From Archangiaceae bacterium (GTDB lineage Bacteria; Myxococcota; Myxococcia; Myxococcales; Myxococcaceae): a stretch of 22,254 nt of DNA. The stretch is from contig JAYVCD010000208.1 of the NCBI GenBank assembly GCA_043750125.1, forward strand, positions 1 through 22,254. The letters run 5' to 3'. Below are positions 1 to 8,432 of the stretch, one piece after another. A program made the translations under genes and the position numbers. Position 1 is the first letter of the stretch; each line of letters opens with the position of its first letter. The notes under the pieces were generated by a model. The model worked only from the letters and a program-made list of their open reading frames with translations, made no database searches and had not been told where the DNA came from.

Positions 1-1
1 A

Positions 2-331
2 CGCACGCCGGGCTGTGCCCGGCAAGCTGTCCCCAGTTGCGAGGTGGATCAGTTTCAGACCGCCAGGTGGATCACTTTCAAGCCGCCCGGATCAGCAGCC
101 TACGAAGAAGACATCTTGACCGTGCTTCTGTGGACCGCGACGGATGAGGCGGCGCGTGAAGGCCCGCTGAGCTTTCTGAAAGACCGGCCCGAACAGTCGT
201 TGTTCGCAATGGCGTTCTACCCACGGTCGACCGATGCCAGGACCGCGGCCGAAAACCTCGACCGCCGCGTTCGCAGTCGCACTGCAGACCTATGGAATAC
301 GATGAACCCCGCAGACGAGACCGGGCATTGA
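2..331 (+). CDS. Hypothetical protein, probably the 3' part of a gene starting before the window
   Basis: The frame is open from base 2 (RTPGCARQAVPSCEVDQF...) to TGA at 329-331 and converges on the FHA gene with a 13-nt gap. No recognisable motif. Confidence 0.5.
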   Translation, partial: RTPGCARQAVPSCEVDQFQTARWITFKPPGSAAYEEDILTVLLWTATDEAAREGPLSFLKDRPEQSLFAMAFYPRSTDARTAAENLDRRVRSRTADLWNTMNPADETGH

Positions 332-344
332 AGCCACGAGCGCT

Positions 345-857
345 CTATTGCGCGCCGGACAGCCGCTCGTGCATCCCCATCGGCAGGTAATAGGTCAGCC
401 GAACGCTTCCGACCGCAATCTGGGCGCCGTTGAAGATCGGCTCGAGGTTCTGGTTCAGCTTCACGCCATTGAGCTTCGTCCCATTGCGGCTGCCCAGATC
501 TGCGACCGCCCACCGGTAGCCGTCGTAGATGAAATGAAGGTGCTTGACCGAGACCGTCGCGTCGTTGACCTCGAAGTCGCAGTTCTTTCTGCCGAGGATG
601 ATCGGCGTTCCGTCGCGTTTGGGCTCGAGCGCCAGCGCGAGCGCTTCCCCGCTCAGCGATCGCACTTCCAACCTGGGTGATCGCACGACCAATTTCGGCA
701 CGACCTTGAGCGTCCCACCTGCGAGCGTCGTCTTCGCCGGGGGAATCCAACCGCCGGGCTCCCACACCAACCAATCATGGCCGTGCGCCTCGGTGAAGGT
801 GTCCAGCGTCGAGCCGACGAACTTCTTCTTCAAAGCCGACAATAAGAAGCTCCGCAC
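345..857 (-). CDS. FHA domain-containing protein (170 aa)
   Basis: FHA signature LGR...VSVKH...DLGSRNGT. Likely GTG start at 857 (MRSFLLSALKKKF...WLVWEPGGW); the longer ORF to 1574 overlaps the SNF2 gene. Confidence 0.85.
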   Translation of the reverse strand: MRSFLLSALKKKFVGSTLDTFTEAHGHDWLVWEPGGWIPPAKTTLAGGTLKVVPKLVVRSPRLEVRSLSGEALALALEPKRDGTPIILGRKNCDFEVNDATVSVKHLHFIYDGYRWAVADLGSRNGTKLNGVKLNQNLEPIFNGAQIAVGSVRLTYYLPMGMHERLSGAQ

Positions 858-901
858 GCCTGACCGTACCGCATGAGGGCCGCCTGCTGCGATCGCGTGG
901 T

Positions 902-3604
902 ATGCGGCGGTCTCAAGCTTTGAACAATCTCGAACCCGCAGAACGCTTGACGCTGTGCCTTTCCCCGCGGGGGCAGCTACTGCTCGTCGCGGCTCAGGTC
1001 GATGAGCCGGGGCTTTCCGCCACCGAGGCTTCGCGGGTTCTGCCTGCACTCGACATCGCAAATGGCCCCAGCCTTCTTCACCTTGGAGCCGTGGAAGTTT
1101 CGACGCCGCTTCCCTCCCTGTTTTCCTTTTGGCGCGACTTCGCCCGTCGCTTCGTCGCTGCGGTCTGCGCGCTCCCCGAGCTCGAGGAACATCGAGAGAA
1201 GATTGCGCTTCCTCCTGCCCTGACGCTCTTGAACGAGGTGCTTCACGAGGCACCTCCGATGCGGGGGGGCGAGTACCTGACGACCGAAGTGCTCGGTGCA
1301 ATCTGGGCCCTGTTGCTCGAAGCTTTCCGCGCTGAAGTGCGTGGCAACTCTGGCTCGGTGCAGCGCCTATTGGCCGAGAAGAACCCCGCGTGGAACGTCG
1401 TCGGGCGGGTTTTTTTTCATCTCGCAGAGAACAAGCAAAGCGCTGAGCGTCCGTTTGCTTTCCTTGCCAGCTACACCACCGGCTTGACCGCTCAAGGCAA
1501 GCCGCAGCACCGCCCTCTGGGTGAAGCGGTTCGAGAGTCTTCCTCTGCCGGCGACAAGCAGCGACTGATCGCATTGCTCGTTCCCATTCAGAAAGCTGCG
1601 CAGCAAAGTCCTTTCCTCAAAGAGCTGGTCGACGCAGGTCATATCTTCCAGCCGCTGGGGTGGACTCCGGGTCAGGCGCATCGCTTCCTGAGCGACATTC
1701 CCACCTTCGAACAATGCGGCCTGGTGGTTCGCGTTCCTGATTGGTGGACCCCGCGTCGGCCTTTGCGGCCGCAGGTGACGGTGGGTATCGGAAAGGAAAA
1801 ACCATCGGCACTGGGGCTCGAGGCGATGCTCGACTTCACCGTCGAAGTCACGCTCGATGGAAAGGCACTTACCCCTGCAGAGCTGCAAGCCCTTCGTGCC
1901 AGTACCGAAGGACTGATGCTACTGAAAGGTCGGTGGGTCGAGGTCGATCGCGAACGGCTCGATCAGGCTCTGGCCCACTGGCGTGCGCTCGAAAAAACAG
2001 CCGGCGATGGCATCTCGTTCATCGAAGGAATGCGCTTGATCGCCGGCGCTCGGCTGGGCGACGACCCGGTGCTGGACGCAGATCGCCAGTGGATGTCCGT
2101 TGAGGCCGGCCCGTGGCTCGAGCAGGTACTCGCGTCGGCGCGCACGGAAGAAGCTGACCCCGGACCTGCGCTGCATGCCCAGCTGCGCCCCTATCAAGCC
2201 CAGGGCGTTCGCTGGCTGCATTTTCTTTCTCGGCTTCGGTTGGGCGCGTGCCTCGCCGACGACATGGGCCTCGGCAAGACGATTCAGGTGCTTGCCCTGT
2301 TGTTGCTGCTGAAGAAGCGGAATGAGCTCGCCGGTCCCCACCTTCTCGTCGTCCCGGCGTCACTGATTGCCAACTGGAAAGCCGAGGCCGAGCGCTTCAC
2401 TCCGTCGCTGCGAATTCTGATCGCGCACCCTTCGCAGATCGCTGCCAAAGATCTCGCTGCACTCGGTCTGGAAGCACTGAATGAAGTAGACCTCGTGGTC
2501 ACCAGCTACGGCTCGGCCCAGCGCCTGCCCTGGATCGCGTCGAGTCGATGGGGGTTGGTCGTCCTCGATGAAGCCCAGGCGATCAAGAATCCGGGTACGC
2601 GTCAGGCTCGGCTGGTGAAATCGCTGCAGTGTGAAGCGCGCATCGCGCTCACCGGCACTCCGGTCGAGAACCGGGTGGGGGACTTGTGGTCGCTGTTCGA
2701 CTTCCTCAACCCCGGCCTGCTGGGTTCGGCCAAACAATTCACGGCCTTCACCCGGAAGACTGAATCGGCCGGACCGCTGCGCGAGCTGACCCGTCCGTAC
2801 CTCTTGAGAAGACTCAAGACGGACAAATCGATCATCAGCGATCTGCCCGAGAAGACCGAGCTGAAGGCCTTCTGTTCCCTGAGCAAGCTGCAGGCGGCGC
2901 TCTATCAGCAAGCGGTCGACGAGCTGGGCGGCCGACTGCTCGATGCGACCGGCATTGCCCGGCAAGGACTGGTGCTCGCGTTTCTGATTCGCTTCAAGCA
3001 GATCTGCAATCACCCTTCGCAGTGGCTGGACGATGGGAACTGGGCCGAAGAGCACAGCGGCAAGTTCGACCGCCTGAAGCAAATCTGCGAGACGATCGCC
3101 GAGCGACAGGAAAAGGTGCTGCTCTTCACCCAGTTTCGGCAAATGTCTCAGCCCCTGGCGAATTGGGGAGCCCGCTTGTTTGGGCGCCCCGGGCTCGTCC
3201 TCACCGGTGACACGCCGATCAAACAGCGCGCGCTGCGGGTGAAGCAATTCCAAGAAGACGAGCAGGTGCCCTTCTTCGTGCTCTCACTGAAGGCCGGAGG
3301 GACCGGGCTCAACCTCACCGCTGCCTCGCACGTCATTCACTTTGACCGTTGGTGGAACCCGGCAGTCGAGAACCAGGCGACCGATCGCGCGTTTCGAATT
3401 GGGCAGAAAAAAAACGTCCTGGTGCACAAGCTGATTTGTCGAGGGACCATCGAAGAGCGGATCGACGAAATGCTCGCGTCGAAGCAAGGCCTCGCCCAGC
3501 AACTGCTCGAAGGGGGCGACGAGCTCAAGCTCACCGAGCTCAGCGACGCTGACTTGATGAAATTGGTCGCACTCGATATCCACACCGCTCGCGCGGACAG
3601 TTGA
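902..3604 (+). CDS. SNF2-family (SWI2/SNF2) ATPase/helicase with DUF3670-like N-terminal region
   Basis: Motifs LRPYQ, LADDMGLGKT (Walker A), LDEAQ (Walker B), LTGTPVEN, SLKAGGTGLNL, DRWWNPAVENQATDRAFRIGQ; GLMLLKGRWVEVDRERL is DUF3670-like. Confidence 0.95.
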   Translation: MRRSQALNNLEPAERLTLCLSPRGQLLLVAAQVDEPGLSATEASRVLPALDIANGPSLLHLGAVEVSTPLPSLFSFWRDFARRFVAAVCALPELEEHREKIALPPALTLLNEVLHEAPPMRGGEYLTTEVLGAIWALLLEAFRAEVRGNSGSVQRLLAEKNPAWNVVGRVFFHLAENKQSAERPFAFLASYTTGLTAQGKPQHRPLGEAVRESSSAGDKQRLIALLVPIQKAAQQSPFLKELVDAGHIFQPLGWTPGQAHRFLSDIPTFEQCGLVVRVPDWWTPRRPLRPQVTVGIGKEKPSALGLEAMLDFTVEVTLDGKALTPAELQALRASTEGLMLLKGRWVEVDRERLDQALAHWRALEKTAGDGISFIEGMRLIAGARLGDDPVLDADRQWMSVEAGPWLEQVLASARTEEADPGPALHAQLRPYQAQGVRWLHFLSRLRLGACLADDMGLGKTIQVLALLLLLKKRNELAGPHLLVVPASLIANWKAEAERFTPSLRILIAHPSQIAAKDLAALGLEALNEVDLVVTSYGSAQRLPWIASSRWGLVVLDEAQAIKNPGTRQARLVKSLQCEARIALTGTPVENRVGDLWSLFDFLNPGLLGSAKQFTAFTRKTESAGPLRELTRPYLLRRLKTDKSIISDLPEKTELKAFCSLSKLQAALYQQAVDELGGRLLDATGIARQGLVLAFLIRFKQICNHPSQWLDDGNWAEEHSGKFDRLKQICETIAERQEKVLLFTQFRQMSQPLANWGARLFGRPGLVLTGDTPIKQRALRVKQFQEDEQVPFFVLSLKAGGTGLNLTAASHVIHFDRWWNPAVENQATDRAFRIGQKKNVLVHKLICRGTIEERIDEMLASKQGLAQQLLEGGDELKLTELSDADLMKLVALDIHTARADS

Positions 3605-3616
3605 GGGTCACGAACC

Positions 3617-4402
3617 ATGTTCTACGACACGGACTTTGCACCCTACGTTCCGGTCGCCGCGCGAAGAGCGCAGGCCCAACGCAAACTTCAGCAATTGAAG
3701 AAACAGGGGAAGCAGACCCGCCCTGTGTTGATCGAAGGAAGAACGATCGCCACCACCTTCTGGGGCAAGGCGTGGTGCGAAAACCTCGAGAGCTACAGCG
3801 ACATCTCGAACCGGCTGCCTCGGGGGCGGACCTACGTCAGAAACGGCTCGGTCATCGACCTGCAGATCGAAGCGGGTGTTCTGACCGCGCTCGTGAGCGG
3901 GTCGAGGCTGTACGAAGTGAAGATCAAGATTGGCCCCGTCGCGAAGAAGCAGTGGTCTGCGCTCTCGGCACAGTGCGCCGGCAAGATCGATTCGGTCCTC
4001 GAGCTGCTCACCGGGAAGCTCTCGCGGGCGGTGATGGAGCTGCTGTGTCGAAAGGAGACCGGCCTCTTCCCTTCGACCCAGGAGCTGACGATGGCGTGCT
4101 CGTGCCCCGATGGTGCCTGGGTCTGCAAACACATTGCAGCGGTGCTCTACGGCGTCGGGGCTCGGTTCGATCACGCCCCCGAGCTGCTCTTCGTGCTGCG
4201 CGGAGTCGACCAGGCTGCGCTCATCGCCGAGGCAGGCGCGGGAGTGGGCGCCCGTCCAAAAGCTTTTCACGCAATCGAGGAGCAGGACCTCTCGAACCTG
4301 TTTGGAATCGAGCTGAAACAGGCGCCCCGGGTTGTGAAGCGGCCCCCGTCGGCGAAGGTCAAACGTCACAAGCGCATTGAACGACTCAAAGGGTCACGGT
4401 AA
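3617..4402 (+). CDS. SWIM zinc-finger domain protein
   Basis: CSCPDGAWVCKH (CxC...CxH) and RLPRGRTYVRNGSV; 12 nt downstream of the SNF2 stop with a GAGG RBS; basic C-terminal tail. Confidence 0.92.
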   Translation: MFYDTDFAPYVPVAARRAQAQRKLQQLKKQGKQTRPVLIEGRTIATTFWGKAWCENLESYSDISNRLPRGRTYVRNGSVIDLQIEAGVLTALVSGSRLYEVKIKIGPVAKKQWSALSAQCAGKIDSVLELLTGKLSRAVMELLCRKETGLFPSTQELTMACSCPDGAWVCKHIAAVLYGVGARFDHAPELLFVLRGVDQAALIAEAGAGVGARPKAFHAIEEQDLSNLFGIELKQAPRVVKRPPSAKVKRHKRIERLKGSR

Positions 4403-4507
4403 GCCGAGAGGGGTATGACGCGGGTGCCCCACTCCAGGCGCGACAGCCTTGTCCTGTCTGCCCGAGCGGGCCCTCACAACCCGCCGGCCCGGCCCGAAAG
4501 CCCCCTG

Positions 4508-4524
4508 CTGGCAGAGAAGTTGCT
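4508..4524 (+). promoter_or_regulatory. Sigma54 (-24/-12) promoter of the ferritin-like gene
   Basis: CTGGCAGAGAAGTTGCT: GG at 4510-4511, GC at 4522-4523, exact 10-nt spacing, close to consensus TGGCA-N6-TTGCW. Confidence 0.7.
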
Positions 4525-4536
4525 CAAGGCCGCAGC

Positions 4537-5421
4537 ATGACCAACCAAGAGTGGAAGACCTGGCTGCGACGGGGACTCATCGCCGGCGCGCCGTTCCTGA
4601 TGAACTGCGGTTCGAGCACCGGTGGAAATTGCGGCACCCACCGGGTCATCACGTTCAACGAGGCGCTTCCCGACGCCGGCAGTTGGGACGGCGGCTTCAG
4701 TTTTCAGAACTGCAATGCGCTGTGCTCGTCCACCACTGAGACCTGCTCGCTTCTGGACGCCGGCCTGCTCAACTGCGACCGGACCTGCGTCGGCGGCCGA
4801 GCGCCTCCGGGACTCTTCACCCTGTCGAATGTCGACGCTTCACCGGGCTCGTGGGTCGCGCGGATGGCCGAGCTGGAAGGCGCCGCGGTCTACGCGTTCT
4901 CTCACCTCGCCGACGAGCTGCAGGCGCACGGCCTCAAGCAGTTTGCACTGTACGCTCTGAAGGCTGCGAACCAGGAAGTGCAGCACGCCCGGGCGATCAC
5001 CCGGCTCGCGCTCGGCATGGGGCACTGTCCGACCCAGCGACCGATCGTCGCCACTCCAGTTCGCACGCTCGAGCAGGTCGCGATCGACAACGCCGGGGAA
5101 GGGTGCGGCCGTGAGCTGTTTGGCGCGCTGATCAACGCCCACCAGGCGCAGACCGCTTCGAGCGACGACGTGCGCGCCACGATGGCCACCATCGCCGTCG
5201 ACGAGCGGGCCCACGCCGACTTCTCGTTCGAGCTGGCCCGCGCGCTGATGCCAAAGCTCACCCTGGCCCAGCGCCGCCGCGCCCGGGAGGCTCAGCACCA
5301 GGCCCTCGAACGCCTCGGCAACGACGATGTGCCTGCGGTCGCCCGGGGAGTTCTCGGCTTGATGGACGGTGAGCAGCTCGCCGCGGCCTCGCGAACCTTG
5401 CTCCAGACCACGCGCCTTTAG
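4537..5421 (+). CDS. Ferritin-like domain-containing putative lipoprotein (myxobacterial type)
   Basis: Signal-like N-terminus ending FLMNC, a Cys-rich segment, CVGGRAPPGL, then diiron-type helices ELEGAAVYAF, EVQH, NAGEGCGRE, DERAH. Confidence 0.82.
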   Translation: MTNQEWKTWLRRGLIAGAPFLMNCGSSTGGNCGTHRVITFNEALPDAGSWDGGFSFQNCNALCSSTTETCSLLDAGLLNCDRTCVGGRAPPGLFTLSNVDASPGSWVARMAELEGAAVYAFSHLADELQAHGLKQFALYALKAANQEVQHARAITRLALGMGHCPTQRPIVATPVRTLEQVAIDNAGEGCGRELFGALINAHQAQTASSDDVRATMATIAVDERAHADFSFELARALMPKLTLAQRRRAREAQHQALERLGNDDVPAVARGVLGLMDGEQLAAASRTLLQTTRL

Positions 5422-5451
5422 CCGAGCGCGTTTTGTTTTAGAGATTCATAC

Positions 5452-5481
5452 GAGGCAAAAAGGAGCGACCCTTTTTGCCTC
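5452..5481. terminator. Perfect 12-bp inverted repeat between convergent genes, possible bidirectional terminator
   Basis: GAGGCAAAAAGG-agcgac-CCTTTTTGCCTC. No classic U-tract outside the stem. Confidence 0.5.
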
Positions 5482-5541
5482 AATTGAAAGACGATCGCAA
5501 AAGAGGTGAAGCACTCACCCCCCGGTGCGCACTGATCCCCT

Positions 5542-6723
5542 TCACGGACCCCAGAAGTCGCACAGCGCGGTGCGGATTCCCGTGCCGGCCACGGGGGGGG
5601 GCCAGCGACAGGTAGCTGTCGAGCGCGGCGTCGTACTTCGGCCAGGCCGGGACGCTGGGGTCATTGGGGTTTACGGTCGCGGCAAAGCGGGTCCAGTAGG
5701 TGGCCATCGTGTCCGACAGCGTCAGCTCGGCCGCGCTGGCGGTGAAGCCGGAATAGTTCAGGTGGCGAAAGCCGAACCAGAGGTCCATTCCGTGCCCCGC
5801 GCGGTAGGGCCGCAGCAGTCCGGTCTCGAAGATTTGGGCGAACTGGCCGCGGTAGACCCCCTGGGTCTGGGTGGTGGCAAAGGCGCTCGCCGCGGCGGAC
5901 GATCGCCAGCGGCATGTCGGGCAGGGCCCAGCCGTCGACGGTCACTCCGTTGTAGCCGTTGTCGGTGGTCCCGCCCCTGAAGTTGACCGGGGTGGTCGTC
6001 ACTTCGGCGGCGCTGCGACTGCGCAGGCAGGCGGCGACATCGGTGGCCCCGTCGCAGCCCAACCTGATGGCGACTCCGACGCCGGCCGCAGAGGCGGTGG
6101 CTCGCGGAAATGCGCCGCAGCTGCCGCTGAGCATCATCGCGCGTGAGAAGAGTCCTTTGCCCAGGGGCGAGGCGACCAACGCGCAGGTGTCGATTGCCCC
6201 GGCTGCTGCCGCTGACGTGCGAGCCGCCGTGGATGAACACCATCACCGGCAAGCCCTGGGTCGATGCCGCGGGCGTCCAGACATTCGCGGTCAGACAGTC
6301 TTCGCTGCCGACCGCGGTCCCGTTCGAGTCTCGCTGCATGCAGATGTAGCCGAACCCGCTGGCCGGTCGAACGCCGTTCCAGCAGGCGGACGGCTGAGGC
6401 GGCTTCCATCGCAGCGCGTCGACCGGCGGGGCAGCGTACGGAATTCCCTTGAACGCCCAGGAGGCCCCGACCCGCACCCCTTCGACGGTGCCGCGATCTG
6501 TGACCACGCGGCCCTCTTTGGGTTGAAGCTCGAATTGGATTCCGGCCCGGCATCCGCAACGCCCGCGTCGGTGAAGCCCGCGTCCAAAACGCTCGCGTCC
6601 GGAACGCCGGCGTCGACCCAAGGCAGCAACGGGTTCGCACGCGTCCGCGGGCCCGGCAGGCACTTCGAGACCCCGGCAACCGGCGAGGATCAACACCAAG
6701 GTGCAGCCGAGTGCACTTTTCAT
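5542..6723 (-). pseudogene. Type-B carboxylesterase/lipase lipoprotein, disrupted by frameshifts and internal deletions
   Basis: Lipobox LAGC; FKGIPYAAPP..LRW, SEDCL..NVWTP, VMVFIHGG in one frame; AGAIDTCALVASPLGKGLFSRAMMLSG in a second; AGHGMDLWF..YWTRFAATVNPN..WPKY in a third; CDFWGP* after a G9 run. GESAG and the catalytic Glu segment are absent. Confidence 0.88.
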
Positions 6724-6827
6724 TCGGTTTCAGACACTGGCGTTCGAAAAAAGGCAAACCTGACCTCCAACGGCTCGCCTTGCGGTAAGGCAGGTGCCCC
6801 ATGCGGGTTGCTGGCATGGTCGCGCCC

Positions 6828-7244
6828 ATGAAAAAGATCCTCGTCGCCGTCGACGGTTCTGAGCCGTCCCTTCACGCCGCCAAGATGGCCCAGAGCCTGG
6901 CTACCGCCACGGGAGCGACCCTCACGGTCGCGTACTCGGTGCCTCCGATGTTGATCCCCGGCGAGGTGCCCTTCACCGTCGTCACCGACGTGGTGAAAGC
7001 CGAAGTCGTCCGCGGAAAGCGGCTGCTGGACGAAGTGGCGAAGGCACTGGGCAACCCCCAGCTGAACACTCTGGAATTGGAAGGTCCGCCCGCCGAACGG
7101 ATCGCCGAAGTCGCAGAAGCCGAAGGCTTTGACCTGGTGGTGGTCGGCAGCCGCGGCCGCAACGCCGTGGCCCGGTTGTTTCTCGGGTCGATCGCCGATC
7201 GCCTGGTGCACATCTGCCGTAAGCCCGTGCTCGTCGTGAGATGA
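6828..7244 (+). CDS. Universal stress protein (UspA family)
   Basis: MKKILVAVDGSEPS N-terminus and DLVVVGSRGR..LFLGSIADRLVH..KPVLVVR; ATG at 6828. Confidence 0.93.
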   Translation: MKKILVAVDGSEPSLHAAKMAQSLATATGATLTVAYSVPPMLIPGEVPFTVVTDVVKAEVVRGKRLLDEVAKALGNPQLNTLELEGPPAERIAEVAEAEGFDLVVVGSRGRNAVARLFLGSIADRLVHICRKPVLVVR

Positions 7245-7254
7245 AACGGACCGC

Positions 7255-7962
7255 ATGAGCCGACAGAGATTTCGACATCACGAAGCACACAAGAGCGGCC
7301 GCGCGGCCTGGCTGCGCGCCGCGGTACTCGGGTCGGATGACGCGATCGTCTCGACTTCCAGCCTGATGATTGGCGTCGCCGCGTCGTCCGCTTCGACCCA
7401 GACGATCATGATCGCCGGAGTCGCCGGCCTGGTCGCGGGCTCGATGTCGATGGCCGTCGGCGAGTACGTCTCGGTCAGCTCGCAGCGAGACTCGGAGCAG
7501 GCCGACATCGAACGCGAGAAGCGCGAGCTGGCGACCGAACCGGAAGACGAGCTGCGCGAGCTGGCGGGGATCTACGAGAAGCGGGGGTTGACCCGTCAGC
7601 TGGCGGCCCAGGTCGCGACCCAGCTGAGCGAGCGCGATGATCTCGGAGCACACATGCGCGACGAGCTGGGCATTGATCCTTCCGCGCTCTCTCAACCGGT
7701 TCAGGCCGCGTGGATCTCTGCGGTGAGCTTCGCGCTCTTCGCCGTGGTCCCGATTCTCGCGCTGCTGGCCTCGCGCGGCGCGAACCAGATTCCGACGATC
7801 GCCGTTGCGTCGCTGGTCAGCCTCGGCTCATTGGGCGCCTTCGGAGCCCACCTCGGAGGCGCCCCGAAACTTCGCGGCGCGCTCCGGGTCACGGCGGGCG
7901 GTTTGCTCGCGATGGGCGTCACCGCCGGCATCGGTCGACTGCTCGGGGTCACCGCAGGCTAG
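7255..7962 (+). CDS. VIT1/CCC1 family Fe/Mn transporter
   Basis: WLRAAVLGSDDAIVS, AGSMSMAVGEYVSVSSQRD, HMRDELG, five hydrophobic segments. Confidence 0.93.
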   Translation: MSRQRFRHHEAHKSGRAAWLRAAVLGSDDAIVSTSSLMIGVAASSASTQTIMIAGVAGLVAGSMSMAVGEYVSVSSQRDSEQADIEREKRELATEPEDELRELAGIYEKRGLTRQLAAQVATQLSERDDLGAHMRDELGIDPSALSQPVQAAWISAVSFALFAVVPILALLASRGANQIPTIAVASLVSLGSLGAFGAHLGGAPKLRGALRVTAGGLLAMGVTAGIGRLLGVTAG

Positions 7963-8432
7963 CGGTCACCCGGGCGGCCGCGCGCCGGACCACCCGGTTG
8001 GGAAGCCACTGCGCGCTCTTCTCGACCATTCCTGCGAAGCCCAGCATCTCGTCATGGTTGACGGCGAAGGACCGGGTCACTCCCTCGACCTTCAGCACTT
8101 CCTCGACCGCGCGCCACCCGGAATTCGCCGCGCTTTCCATCGAGGAAGGCAGCCCGGTATCGACCCAGTCGCCGGCCAGAAAGAGCCCCGGACGATTGGA
8201 AGCCGTCGAAGGCCGCGCCGCCTCGGTGCCGGGGAACGGGCAGTGAATCGCCATCGGAATCCGATTGACGACCGAGTGCCTCAGCGTTGCTTTCGAGGCT
8301 TCAGGCAAAAACTCCGAAAGCTCTCGGACGGTGGCTTCGACAATCTGCGCGTCGGTGAGCCCGTGGGTCCGGTGGCTGTAGATGATGTTGCTCGCGGTGA
8401 GCGAGGGCCGGTCGCTCCACTTCGGATGCAGG
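7949..8432 (-). pseudogene. 3' remnant of an FAD-dependent oxidoreductase (HpnE/carotene-desaturase-like amine oxidase family)
   Basis: C-terminal signature GLFLAGDWVDTGLPSSMESAANSG. The frame extends upstream (LHPKWSDRPSLTASNIIYSHR...VRELSEFLPEA) but has no GxGxxG FAD-binding N-terminus and hits a stop near 8528-8530. Upstream boundary approximate. Confidence 0.78.

Noticed and set aside
858..1574. N-terminal extension of the FHA ORF to 409 aa
   Set aside because: Antisense to the SNF2 gene with Arg-rich non-protein-like sequence; GTG at 857 is the better start.
6745..6800. GGCAAACC as a c-di-GMP-I riboswitch start
   Set aside because: The GAAA-tetraloop stem and downstream conserved elements are not present.
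7805..8425. First half of the 413-aa + strand ORF
   Set aside because: Overlaps VIT1 and is antisense to the oxidoreductase remnant; only the part from 8426 looks coding.
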